Shown: positions 1 to 12,112 of the stretch, piece after piece
Numbering within the stretch: position 1 is the stretch's first letter
Layout: every line of letters starts with the position of its first letter
NCBI GenBank assembly: GCA_043228905.1
Contig: JBHGNT010000015.1
Span: 16,554,001 to 16,618,000 of the forward strand
Direction: 5' to 3'
DNA length: 64,000 bases
From: Azolla caroliniana
Lineage: Eukaryota > Plantae > Polypodiophyta
Program-made: the position numbers and the translations under genes
The notes under the pieces: generated by a model
Told to the model about the DNA's origin: nothing
What the model saw: only the letters and a program-made list of their open reading frames with translations
Databases searched by the model: none

Positions 1-127
1 GGTTAGCTAAATATAGAGGACAATTGGGTGACAGAGGAACAAATGAGGAAATGTACAATGTTGAGGAAGAAAACAAGTTGGTTTCAACATTCTTGAGATC
101 CGAAGTGATACTAAAGATAGTGTCAAG
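1..127 (+). repeat. Direct repeat, copy 1 (second copy at 2485-2617)
   Basis: ggttagctaaatatag...gtgtcaag recurs with few changes at 2485-2617; both copies translate to MYNVEEENKLVSTFLR. Confidence 0.85.
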
Positions 128-2484
128 GTTTTGCGATCTCGTTGTTCCGATTCACTTCCGTGGACCTCTCGTGCTCGCCCACCTCTATCATGTCCAATGT
201 TCGCCAATCCTCATTTCGTCATTGTGGCGTCTTGAAACTCTTATCATCAGACATTTAATCTAGATTCTCCTAAATCTTATCTTCTCCTGTCAGCATTTTA
301 CAGTCTTGTAATTGCTCAGTTCAATCCACTTTTCGTGAACCTTGCATCCATCCACCCATTCCCTCTTCATAGGTATGGTTGTCACTTGTTTTCGTCCATT
401 TGGGATAGATATCCCTGAAGTTCTATCAATGTCTCAAAACAACATTATGGCGAAATGATGATTTCATTAAAAGTTGACCCCCATAACTACATCGACTTGT
501 TTTCATCCATCAAGATGTTTTGAAGCTCTATCAAACATCTAAAACAAATTTAGAGGCAACGAATATCCTTAGAAGTTGACAACATCATCATAAGTTCACA
601 CGCAAAAAAATGTGTTAGAATAGCCTTATTTACTCAATAATGGGCAACCCAATTGCAATGGTGAAAACTCAATTCTAGAGCCTTTGTAATGCTTTGGATT
701 CTCTAACAATGTTAAATCTCGAACCAAAAATTTCTTTGAATATTTTGAAACTTGAAAGTGGTTCTTGATTTTCGGTATTATATTAATGCATACCAATTTG
801 CCTCAATCTTGATTATTTCCAATGTGTCAAAAAGCTTGAAAGGTTCTTGATTTTTAAAGTATTATATGACTACATACTATAAACCTAAGTCTTTATTCTT
901 GCCATTGCATCAACATAAGTATACGAATTCATTTCTTATAAACCAATGTTTGTAAATCATTCATAGGTAGTTGGGGTCCAAAGGTCAATTATATTATTTT
1001 CTCCTTTAATTTCTCGATAACATTGATTGAGTATATTTTGTACCAACATTAGAAGATCGGGCCTAAGGTTGAATAAAGGTGCGGATGGGCAGCCAAGAAG
1101 ATGAGATGCAGGGTGGGCAAATGAGAATGAGTGGATTTAGTACGGAGGATTCTCCAATGTGGAATAAGTTGAGGAAGATAGGATGAGGTAAGGGGAGCCT
1201 AGTTGCAGCCTATGAACTAAAGGCAAGAGTCAAGAAACAACACAAGGAGAAATGCAATGCAGGAGTTATGGATGGAACCTCGCATGATAGAGTGACTCTA
1301 TAGAATGATGAAGTTTATACAACCTCATAATTTTAGACTTCCCAATACAATCTCACAATTTTATGATCATCATTGCTTGGTGGGCAAGACATCATCATCT
1401 CTTCCTCTGACATCAACTTCTAGTAGAAGCAAGCTTGTGTCAACTAAAAGGGGGTGCATTGAATATTCTAGTGGGTTAGTCATTAGGTCGAACAACAACT
1501 TATTCTATATAAAGAACCTCAAAATGTATTCTCGAGCTAGTATTCTCTTCATCTAGTAATATGCATACATATTGATGTTACCCAAAAGTGGATTAGAATA
1601 AGTGTTATTTAATTTAACAAAAATGTATTTGCAAAACAGGAGTAAGTGAACGGCTCTATGTGGACTCCAACATGAAGTAATACAATGACTCATGATATAG
1701 TCTTATATTGTAACAAGATGTGTCGTTGGAATGTTCTACTATAAATATCTACGACGTCACTTCACCACAAAAATGCCTTTAAACAATGCTTAAAAAAGAA
1801 CACTTGATGCAAGAGTGACAATCATTTTATGTGCAAATTAAAAATTTCTCATACGTGTGAAGGAATATGAATTAAGGTAGCTACAAACTACTTGGCCAAT
1901 AAAATCTTCATTGTACAAATGATCGTTGCCTTCACGTGGACCTAGTAAATGTTTAAGAACTAGAATGTGTCACTTCGCCGCAACAATATATGCCTTACAC
2001 AATTAGCTACTTCAAATATATTTGAATATAATTTCAAAAGGTCTTCTCAGAGAAGCTACATATTAATATAAGGATATATAAAGTAGTTAGATGCATTTCG
2101 AGGTAGCTATGGCATTATGATCTTATTTTAACCCCAAAATAAAGCATGATTGAGTAAACTTTTGAAGTTTGGGAAACCTAAGAATGCTCTATTCATCAAA
2201 TACATCGAAATTTGGGAATCCAAGAAAACTCTCTCCAACAAATAAATGTTAAACAATAAAGAGAAAGTATAAACTTTAAACATTAACCCCCATATTAAGG
2301 TTATTTCAAATTTGTACACTGTAATGTTGAAAACGTCAAATTTGTCCCTAGTAAAACAAGATAACGTAATTAATATATTTTAATGATATAAATAGATAGA
2401 GTAAAGATTTGTGAGAGGGGCTAAGGATGTAAGTGAAGGCGAAGCACAATGACGATTTGAATACATTAGGTTTCCAACAAATGA

Positions 2485-2617
2485 GGTTAGCTAAATATAA
2501 AGGACAATTGCCAATGGGTGACAAAGGAGCAGATGAGGAAATGTACAATGTTGAGGAAGAAAACAAGTTGGTTTCAACATTCTTGAGAGCCGATGTGATA
2601 CTAAAGATGGTGTCAAG
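2485..2617 (+). repeat. Direct repeat, copy 2 of 1-127
   Basis: Near-identical to 1-127 with a 6-bp indel and a few substitutions. Confidence 0.85.
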
Positions 2618-4117
2618 CTCCAATGGCACTAGAGGTGGGACATACATTGATGTTGTTCATGAATAAAATCCATTACATTAGGAAGTTCTTCTTTCTTGGA
2701 CCCAACTGGCACATGAGAAATGTCTACTAATGTTGTTCATGAATAAAAATCCATTACATCAAGGTTTTCTCCTTTTTCAAACTTGATTGTTTACAAGTGA
2801 TCATGGTTCAAATTCAATGGTATTATTCTAAAAAGAAGTAACTTGATGGAAATAGGTTTAGCACTATTATAAATGCTCAAACTTGAGGATTGGAAATCAA
2901 CCCTCTCAAGTAGTTTTGTATGCACATTCTACATCCTCCAACACCCGCGTAACCCATGTTTGACCACATTTCACTTAAGCCAATAAGATTTACAAAATAA
3001 AAGCACACTATCTAAGGTCTTAAACACCCCCTACTAGGAGTGGTAAACTTTGCATCACAATTGTAGACAATTTGGCTGGGTAAAAGAGAGAATGGGCAAA
3101 AGTGGTCCACAAACTTGACTCAAGGAAATTCTAAAGTTGTTAACTTATTTAAAGTGTATCTACAAAACTTACTCATTTTAGTGAGTCTATCGGTTACCAC
3201 ACAAAGAAGTTATGTTCCATAGAAACACTTCTTTCGCATTTAATAATAGAGGGAACAATCAATGGATGGTTCAATCTCCCTACCTATGGAAGTTCAAGTT
3301 TATTAGCTTGATTGATCGTACATCTAAACATAAAACCATAAAAATTCTTGCATAGGTTGGTAATATATGCAATATCCAACAAAACCAATCACACAAAATG
3401 ATATGTGAATGAGAAGGTCATGTTGTTACTCTTGAGGAAGGCAAATGGATTTATCTCAAATTCAAACAATCTAAGTAGTTGGTAATGCTCAATACCAAAG
3501 CAAAATGTGAAAGCATTATCTTTATATATCATCATATTAGAGTCTTTTAAATGATGTCTCGACAAAGTGTTGCTTATATAGATTTTGCTCTTATTTTGTT
3601 GACATCCAGACATTTAAGTAGATAAAATTGTGTTGCAAGTGATGGAACTTGACGCTTTTCAACACTCGGGTGTTGAATGAAGAGTTTGGTGCAAATCGTG
3701 ACAACAAATCCTCTCATTATGAAAACGTTTCATAATTTTTGTTTGCAATTTCACACCCTCCTCTCCTAAGAAAATGGATCTACGAACTTGCATGTAAACA
3801 AAAAATGCAAATCATAAGGATGGTGGAAGAATATATGTCGCAATGATGCATCATGAGTATTATGGTTAAAAAAAAGGGTTTATAATAATATTCGGAAAAC
3901 TATTTCTACGAAAGCACTTAATGTCTCAGATGTTATTTCAAAGTCAACCTCCACTATAATATCAGGGCGTTATGAAAGTGATGTCTCCATGAAACCAATT
4001 TTTTATTTTACCATCCGACTCTATGAAGATTTGTTGACATGTTTGTGAGAATAATGCAGAAGTGTCAAATAACAATCTACTACAACTCAATTCATTAATT
4101 CATTTGATATTGTGGTG

Positions 4118-4508
4118 CCCCTATCCTGTCCCAACTGGGGCACAGACCCAATCTAAATTGGAACTCACCAAGGGACCCAATCCTGGTCCCAAGAGGGGCG
4201 CCACCTTGGGTTGGGACCACCTGGTTCCAACAGGTAGTCCCAAGAGACTACCCAAACAACTAGCTAGGCCAACAACTAGCCCGACGACCATATTTTGGCC
4301 CATATAAGGAGGATCCCTCCCTCATTTTGGCTATTCCTGATCTCCCAACTCTATTCCAATCTATTCTACATTTGACGCTCTCTCTTGTCCCTCAACACAA
4401 TTTAGGGAGTTGTCCCGAATAGTCTTGGTTGAGTCCCAACTCAATCCTAGCTCAGTCCCAACTCCGTTTTTAGGCATTGTCCCACTTTGGGACTGAGGTA
4501 AAGTAGGT
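4118..4508. mobile_element. Possible degenerate MITE rich in GTCCCAA/TTGGGAC motifs
   Basis: Many gtcccaa/gggac motifs; imperfect inverted ends (cctgtcccaactggggcac ... tgtcccactttgggactgagg); no clear TSD. Confidence 0.3.
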
Positions 4509-5042
4509 GTTTTGATCATATCATAGAAATCTTATCTTTGTGCCTCAGTTTCTTGCATCTAACTGCGTTTTTGTGTGCGTTTCAAGACCCCCATAATCTA
4601 GGGGCTGGTTGGCCATTTCAAGCCTATCAATCTCAAACCATTTTTGCTGAAGTTCAAGCCCATGAGGATGCATTTTCCTAGGCTGCTCACTTTGAAGCTA
4701 GCGATCTCAAACCATTCGAATCCAATGATTTAGGTTAACTTTTAAGCATCTTTCTACACACTAAGTTGGAGTCTACATGGATTTCCTTGCTTGACAAATT
4801 TCAAATCTATCCATCTCAATGGGTTTTGCGCCATATCTTCTTGTGAACCAAGCTTAGGGTGTGTGTATGTGGTGGCGCATTATGTTTTTAGTGTTTTGAT
4901 GCCATGGATGTGAATACAACCTGAGTCAAACGAGAACATACTTGCACTGTGAAAAACATGCATTTGTTGTCTGAATTCCGGGCAATTTTTACTGTTTACA
5001 AACGGGTGGAGTTAGTGCGACCATTGGCACAGGTTATTGTGT

Positions 5043-5186
5043 GGCCCACATGGTTGGTCATTCCGTGACTGTCCGGGCGGCCCACACGGTTGGTCAGTTT
5101 GTGATTGTCTGGCCGGGCGACACGGTTGGTCAGTCCGTGACTGTCCGGGCGGCCCGCATTGTTGGACATTCTGTGATTGTCCGGGC
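5043..5186 (+). repeat. 4 x 36-bp GC-rich tandem repeat upstream of the PPR gene
   Basis: Unit ggcccacayggttggtcaktyygtgaytgtccgggc repeated four times; contains GGCCCA (site II-like) motifs. Confidence 0.9.
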
Positions 5187-5271
5187 GGCCACCTGGTCCT
5201 ACCCACCAAAGCCTTCCTTCTCAATCCTAGGTCCATTGGTAGGTGCCCATTACTCATATGTCCAGTTTACA

Positions 5272-5285
5272 AAACCCTAAACCCT
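5272..5285 (+). promoter_or_regulatory. Telo-box (AAACCCTAAACCCT) in PPR promoter/5' UTR
   Basis: Canonical AAACCCTA about 230 bp upstream of the ATG, downstream of GGCCCA motifs; this pairing is common in plant promoters. Confidence 0.5.
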
Positions 5286-5506
5286 TCCCAGCACAGAGAA
5301 ACAGAGAAGCCATAGAAACACAGAGAAACAGAGAAAAGAAAGAAAGACTGTCGGAGGTTCCAAAGCTTTCAATTCACGCTCATGTTCCCACTCCCCACCT
5401 TACATGGGACCCCTCCAAGCAGCTTCATTAGCCATGGATTCCGTCACAAGAACCAGGAAGAAGAGGATCTTGACCTCTCCTTGCATCACCATGTTGAGAA
5501 TCTCAT

Positions 5507-8194
5507 ATGCTCTCAAAAACCTCACTCACCATGACCATGGCACAGTCTCTGTCTCAATCTCAATATAGTTCTTCTATCTTGACATTGCTCAAATCATGCA
5601 TCAAACACAAGGACCTGGAGAAAGGTATCAAAATCCATTCTGAGATTATCGAAAGAGGGATTCTTCACGACAAGAATTGCTATGTTGCGAATTCCTTAAT
5701 CAGTCTCTATACCAAATGCGGCAAGCTCAAGAAAGCGCGAGAAGTTTTTGATCAGCTTCCTCACCGCAATTTAGTAACGTGGAACTCGTTAATCTCAGGA
5801 TATGTCCAGCATGACCATCCAATGGAAGCTTTTAACTGTCTTGATAACATGGAACGTAGTGGCTTCTCACCAGACTCTGTTACTTTTGTTTGTATATTAA
5901 AAGCATGTGGTAGCATAGGTGCTTCAGAGAAAGGTGAAGAAATACATGCTTACATTGCCAAAGAGAGATTATTAGAAAGAAATCTCATACTTTCTAATGC
6001 ATTAATGGATATGTATGCAAAATGTGGGGATCTGGTAAAAGCACAAGAAGTCTTTAATCACATTCAGATGCGGGATGAGGTCTCTTGGAATACACTTATC
6101 ACTGGCTATGCCCGACACCGGCATAGTAAGGAAGTATTAGAATGCCATGTGAGAATGCAACTCGAGGGTTTCTGTCTGAATACAGTCTCCTTTCTTGCCA
6201 CGTTGAAAGGATGCGGGACCATTGAATTGATTAAGAAGGGCATGGAAACACATGCTAAGATTGTAAAAGAGGAGATTTCTGACTCTAATATCTTGGTTGG
6301 CTCTGCATTGGTTGACATGTATTCGAAATGTGGTGCAATTTACAGAGCACAAGAAGTATTCGATAAACTTTATGTTTGGAATGTGGTCTCATGGAACTCG
6401 TTGATTGGTGGATATGTACAACAGGGGCATGGTGAGAGAGCATTGCATTATTTTGAGAAAATGAAGCGAGAGGGGGCCATTCCCGACTCTGTTACTTTTG
6501 TTTGTGCTTTGAAAGCTTGTGGAAGCATAGGGGCTTGTACCAAGGGAAAAGATCTGCATGATGAGGTTGTTAGAGAAGGGCTTTTGGGAAGAGATGATTT
6601 AGTTTCGAATGCATTGGTAGATATGTATGCCAAATGTGGTGCACCATTGAAGGCAAAGGAAATATTTGATGAGTTCGGAGCACAGAATATAGTTTCTTGG
6701 AATGTAATAATTTCAGGATATGCGCAATATAGCTATGGCGAGGAGGCATTAGAGTGTTTCCAAAGGATGCAATGTGAGAGCATGCTCCCCAGTGAAGTCA
6801 CTTTTATTTGCATCTTGAAAGCTTGTGGGAGCACAATAGGAATTATGAAGGGAAAGGAAATACATGCTAGTTTAGATACTTTGATAGAACATAATATTTT
6901 GATTGGCACAGCATTGGTGGATATGTATGTGAAATGTGGTGCATTGATGAAAGCACAGGACATGTTTGATCGACTTCGGATTCGGAATGTAATCTCTTGG
7001 AATGCACTTATTGGAGGGTATGCTCATAATGAACATATACCAGAAGCATTGAACTGTTTTGAACAAATGCAATGTGAGGGATTGTCCCCTGATGTTGTAT
7101 CTTGGAATGCACTAATTGCAGGATATGCCCAACACGGTCGCAATATGGATGCATTGATGTGGTTTGAATGGATGAAATACGAGGGTTTCTCACCTGATGG
7201 CATCACATATGCATCTATCTTGAAAGTATGCGGTGAAATACATGCAATAGATAAGGGTAGAAAAATACATGAAATGATAGCCAGAGAAGAATCTATTGGA
7301 AAAAGTACCCTAGTTTTGAGTGCACTAGTAGATATGTATGCTAAATGTGGTGAACTTGAGAAGGCCCTGCAAATATTTGATGCTATGACATTCAAGAGCA
7401 CAGCTTCTTGGACTGCGTTGATTACTGGGTATGTTCAACATGAGCGTTTTGATGAAGCACTTGATTATTTTGACAAAATGCAACATGATGGCTTTTCTCC
7501 GAACAATGCTATCTTCTTGTCCATTTTGAAAGCTAGTGGCAGCATAGGAGATCTTAACACGGGAGAATCAATACACGCTAAAATTGTTAAAGGAGGGTTA
7601 TTAATGAAAAATGATTTTATCGGTAATGCTTTGGTGGATATGTATGCAAAATGTGGAGTGCCCAGCAAAGCACATGATGTATTTTACCATATACGAGTGC
7701 GAGATGTTGTCTCATGGAGCACACTAATTACAGCCTATGCTCAGCTTGCAGATGTCACAGTCGTCATCGATTTATTCAACAAAATGTTGGTGTCGGGTGT
7801 AAGGCCAGATTCAATAACGTTCTCTGCACTTCTCAAGACTTGTAGCCACTTGGGCCTACTCGAAGAAGCTCAAATGTGCTATGAGATTATGTACACATGC
7901 TATGACATAGTTCCAACATTGGAGCATCAAACTTGTATGGTTGATCTTTTTGGACGAGCCGGACATTTTGAGAAGGCAGTAAAAGTGATGAAAACAATGT
8001 TAAACTGTGGTTCTCTTCCAATGTGGCTGTCTTTGTTAGGCGCTTGTAAAAAATGGGGAGATTTACAGCTTGGGAGACAAGTTTTTGAGCATGTGGTTGA
8101 ATTGGATGAAATGCATGGTTCAGCTTATGTTTGCATGGGTAACATTTATGCAGCCGCTTCTATGCAAGAGGATGTGGAAAGGCTAGAAGAGTGA
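5507..8194 (+). CDS. PLS-class pentatricopeptide repeat (PPR) protein with C-terminal E domain and no DYW; probable organellar RNA-editing specificity factor
   Basis: Intact intronless 895-aa ORF; repeated S/P/L motifs (NALVDMYAKCG; VSWNALIxGY; PDSVTFVCILKACG); E-domain end MVDLFGRAG...WLSLLGAC...AYVCMGNIYAA; Ser/Thr-rich N-terminus. Confidence 0.96.
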   Translation: MLSKTSLTMTMAQSLSQSQYSSSILTLLKSCIKHKDLEKGIKIHSEIIERGILHDKNCYVANSLISLYTKCGKLKKAREVFDQLPHRNLVTWNSLISGYVQHDHPMEAFNCLDNMERSGFSPDSVTFVCILKACGSIGASEKGEEIHAYIAKERLLERNLILSNALMDMYAKCGDLVKAQEVFNHIQMRDEVSWNTLITGYARHRHSKEVLECHVRMQLEGFCLNTVSFLATLKGCGTIELIKKGMETHAKIVKEEISDSNILVGSALVDMYSKCGAIYRAQEVFDKLYVWNVVSWNSLIGGYVQQGHGERALHYFEKMKREGAIPDSVTFVCALKACGSIGACTKGKDLHDEVVREGLLGRDDLVSNALVDMYAKCGAPLKAKEIFDEFGAQNIVSWNVIISGYAQYSYGEEALECFQRMQCESMLPSEVTFICILKACGSTIGIMKGKEIHASLDTLIEHNILIGTALVDMYVKCGALMKAQDMFDRLRIRNVISWNALIGGYAHNEHIPEALNCFEQMQCEGLSPDVVSWNALIAGYAQHGRNMDALMWFEWMKYEGFSPDGITYASILKVCGEIHAIDKGRKIHEMIAREESIGKSTLVLSALVDMYAKCGELEKALQIFDAMTFKSTASWTALITGYVQHERFDEALDYFDKMQHDGFSPNNAIFLSILKASGSIGDLNTGESIHAKIVKGGLLMKNDFIGNALVDMYAKCGVPSKAHDVFYHIRVRDVVSWSTLITAYAQLADVTVVIDLFNKMLVSGVRPDSITFSALLKTCSHLGLLEEAQMCYEIMYTCYDIVPTLEHQTCMVDLFGRAGHFEKAVKVMKTMLNCGSLPMWLSLLGACKKWGDLQLGRQVFEHVVELDEMHGSAYVCMGNIYAAASMQEDVERLEE

Positions 8195-8488
8195 AAATGG
8201 ATCAGCTATAAGAAGCCAAATAAAGAACAAGTATGTTTTTATGTTCATTTAGGGAAAGTTGTAGTAATGCCGTTACAATCTACTATTTCATGAGTTTACC
8301 AAAATATCCCTCATTTATACTCCACACATTATAATATATATGTTGCACCAAACTACAAAACCATATTATTCTTGAACGAGGATATCACACTCATCAACAC
8401 ATGCTAGAGCCCATGCCATTGTTTGCCATCCACATTGCTTCAATTCAACTTAGCTCACATTCTTTTTTGTTGTGAGACGGGTCATAGG

Positions 8489-8935
8489 TAACAATTGGCA
8501 ATGGTTTGGTTTGGTTCGAGAATGTGAAACTCAACAGTTTAAAATTGAAGCATCTAAAAAGTTGAAACTTAAACCAAATTGAATTGAACCAGGAAATTGT
8601 TTAAATTGAATTATTACAAAAAATCGACGCTAACCAATGGTTTTAGGGATTTTTAAACCTTTAAATTGTTAAAACTGTGATTTTGTGGTTTGGTTTTGGT
8701 TAAAAAAAGAAGAATTAGGTAGTTTGTTCAAAAAAAGAATCAATTGTTAACCTAAAATTGTTAAATAGATCAAGGCTCAAGTAGAACTTAATTGAATTCA
8801 AACTGAATCGTTTACAAAAACTCGAACTTGAATCGAATTGAACTAAATTGTTTAAATCGTGAAGTCGTTAAGCCTCGATTTTGCGGTTTAGTTCGATTCA
8901 AAGCCTGAACTGAACCAAACCGTTATCGATTGCTA
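8489..8935. mobile_element. hAT-type MITE, 447 bp
   Basis: 8-bp TSD GTCATAGG (8481-8488 and 8936-8943); imperfect terminal inverted repeats TAACAATTGGCAATGGTTTGGTT / TAGCAATCGATAACGGTTTGGTT; AACC/GGTT subterminal repeats. Confidence 0.88.
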
Positions 8936-9234
8936 GTCATAGGGGCACAAATGAGTGAACTTCAATGTGAGATTGCTAGTTTGACAGTCAAAAGTATCAC
9001 ACTTTGATACAATGTATTGGATTCAACCATATTTGAGGCTTCTTTATACATAGTGTTTATCATGTCTACTCATTATTATGTCCCTCTCACAATCTCAACA
9101 TGCATTCTTGATTGTAAGGATCGTTAGTAAAATTCTTAAACATGGGAGTCATAAGTTAATTCCACATATGCTATGTTAAAATGCTTTACTTTAGCCTTAG
9201 AAGTCGACCATATTGGACCTTTGAGGACAATAAT

Positions 9235-9265
<31 letters not shown>

Positions 9266-9901
9266 ACCTCTTTAACTCATTGAAATGATCCACGGGAAGC
9301 CAATGCCACTCTTCAAAGCTAATTAATGTTAAGAAAAATTAAAGAGGAAAATAAAGAAGATGGATCCAATTCCCTCGTTGATGTCCTATACCAATGTGTG
9401 CGTACATGGATCGTACCTTGGTTTGAAGAAAGAAGAAGGAGACACACATGTATGAAGCTAGAGTTTTGCCACACTATTAGAGTCTCTATCTCAAAACAAT
9501 AAAGAAAAGAGATGCCCCTTCATGAAGGTAGTTACACTTCTTATACATGCTCAAACCCTAGGCCCTTCTGTGTGTTTCCCACTTGGTTGTTTTTTTTATA
9601 AAAAGTAGCTAGGCGATGAAACACTCTAAAGTTATCTCCCACCATAGGATTGAGATAACTCAATCCTCACCCTTCATCCTTACAAATTAGCCCATAATTA
9701 CGATTACAATTATGCTCAACACAATCACATTCTTCCTTAGTATTAAATGAAGCATTTAATATCTACCAAACAATGTGTGAAATTTTAAAATAAATGCAAC
9801 AAGATGCAAGTGACTTGCTAAAAAAAGGAAAAACAAAATTCATATATCAATCCCATAAATATGTTGGTTTATTTGATTTGACCTTCCTTATTCATATTTC
9901 C

Positions 9902-9980
9902 AAAATTTCAAATGCCCTTGTTTTTATTCATTTTAATGTTATTAATAAAAATGAATAAAAACAAGGGCATTTGAAATTTT
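9902..9980. repeat. Perfect 33-bp inverted repeat with 13-nt loop
   Basis: 9902-9934 is the exact reverse complement of 9948-9980. Confidence 0.92.
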
Positions 9981-10260
9981 TATCTTTATCTTTTCCGGCA
10001 AGTGGAGATGCCAGAGACCCTTCCAAAAGGTAATGAGCACCTCATCAGGGATGCCCAATGTATGCCAACCATTGCGTAAGGGGCCGTCTAACTGTAGTTG
10101 AAAAGTCCGGCCCAATTTAGTGTTGTACTCGAAGAAATGGCGAAATCTGCCATCCTGTTTCCACTTGAAATACCCTAGGTCCCATTCTAGTTCGACGAGG
10201 GGACGACAACCATATACCCATAACTTCCAATGGGGTTCCACCTTAGCAACATCTGGGTCT
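9981..10260 (-). mobile_element. L1-type LINE fragment (region preceding the zf-RVT domain)
   Basis: LWVYG...LEWDLGYFKWK...FFEYNTKLGR...LWHLHLPEKIKI is homologous to the 10723-12057 ORF; it breaks off at the hairpin. Confidence 0.75.
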
Positions 10261-10530
10261 GTCTTCCAAATGTTACCAATGTTATGAAATATTAATCTAG
10301 AAGGTTCACTTTGTGTTGCTACAACATATCACATTTCAGTTGTCTAAGGTGATGAGTTGATTTATCTGATTCGGACATGTTCCTCTACTATAGAATGGGA
10401 TGTCTTATGTAGTTTAAAGAAGACATATACTAGCTAGCATTTAGATGGGGCGCCAATAAGGATTGTAGGGAAAAGCCAACAAAATAAGAATTTGGGGCAA
10501 TGTTGGAAAGATTAGTATTTATAACTATGA

Positions 10531-12112
10531 TATTTTTTTCATTTTTTTTTTCTAGTTAAGATTCTTCGTTGTATTAATGAAAAGATGCCCAAAGGCTACA
10601 AAGTACCCATACAATCTATTACAACCCTCCTACCCACATGAATCGACATGCCTAGTAGTGGAAATCGTCATGCTTGGTCTTTTCAAGACAGGGGGCGGAA
10701 AAAGCCATCTTGGTGGAGCATATCACCATTTTATTCTCTCCCCAAAATAGGTGAAGACCTCTGCCTTTTTCCAAATTTCTTGAAATTGTTGTTGCTTGTG
10801 AAACACAACACCAGGCTCACCATGTATTCCCTCATATTGACCTCTTAGAGTATGTAGGAGCATCAACCATATCTCCTTGTCTAACTCAATCGTATTTAGT
10901 TTGACATTTTGAAATACACACTTACATCTTGCCTTCCATAACATCCAAACTACTAAAGAAGATACAATAGACAAAACCTTGTCTTCTTCTAAACAATGGA
11001 TTGGTGTAGTATAAGAGGCCTCCAACACATGTCTTCCATCAGAGAGGAGAAGAAAATCAACACAGTCCCTTTCATAATTATGTATTTCTTCAACCAACCT
11101 TCCCCATCTCACAAAACCCCATGTGTACACCTGTTTACCATAAATAGGATACAAAATTCTCAACAGTCTTTTCCATATTGCTCTAGCTATAGGACATACC
11201 CATAAAACATGGTGCACCGTTTCATTGGGAAAACCACAATTGTCACATTTTAAATCATGGCAATGCCCCTTCATCCATGACTTCACAGGAGTGCCATAAT
11301 GTACCAACAACCATCCAAACAAGACAACTTTTCTAGGAATTTGCATGGCCCATAGCCATTTCCAATAAGCATTTAACCAAGAGTGTTGTACATTACCCAA
11401 GTTCCAAAATTTACATGCTGCTAGTTTAACAGCCACACGCCTCCTTTGCAATTCTCTACCCATTTTTACCGAGTACTGAAAAAATGGGATTTGCTTGCCT
11501 AACATTCCTTGTGGTAATATGCTTTGCCATTTCCATTCATTGGGATCCCACAAAAGTTTGTCAATGGGCTTATTCTCGTAGACCCACAATTCAGATAAAT
11601 TGTTTATATCATTTGGGTGTGGATTCAACATCCATTTTTTATCGTTTTTCCACAATATACGAACACGCAACATACTCCCTTGAGATACAACTTCGTGTTC
11701 CATAACGATAGAATGAAGCCGTCCATACCGCAAAACATCGAAATATAGACAATCATGAGAGTTTTTATAACCTCTGGCCCCCAACAAGACATGTAAAGAT
11801 GAAAACATACCATACCAAAATAGACCACTTTGAGAAGGCTGAAAGGAATACATCGTAAACACTCTATCGATTTCTGCATACATAATGTTTCCACCCCAAA
11901 TTGTGCGACAAATCTGGGTTTTGTTTTCGATCGTTGAAGAAGAAAAATACAGCCAATTCCTTATCGATCCAGCTTCTCCTCTATCAAAATTAGCCCATTT
12001 CAACCTAGTTCTTTTCCCTAACATTCCCCCCTCCTCTGATAGAAATAATGGGTTCATTATTAGGGGTTGTCACAACCATTCCTCTATACATGATGGTAGA
12101 GATTGGACCAAG
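10531..12112 (-). mobile_element. 5'-truncated L1-type LINE with poly(A) tail and 11-bp TSD
   Basis: TSD TATAACTATGA at 10520-10530 and 12113-12123; T-run at 10533-10551; ORF 12057-10723 carries zf-RVT (CDNC...ETVHHVLWVC) and WMLWKARC motifs. Confidence 0.9.

Noticed and set aside
9328-9772. Possible solo LTR (TG...CA)
   Set aside because: It has no matching TSD and no second copy in the window.
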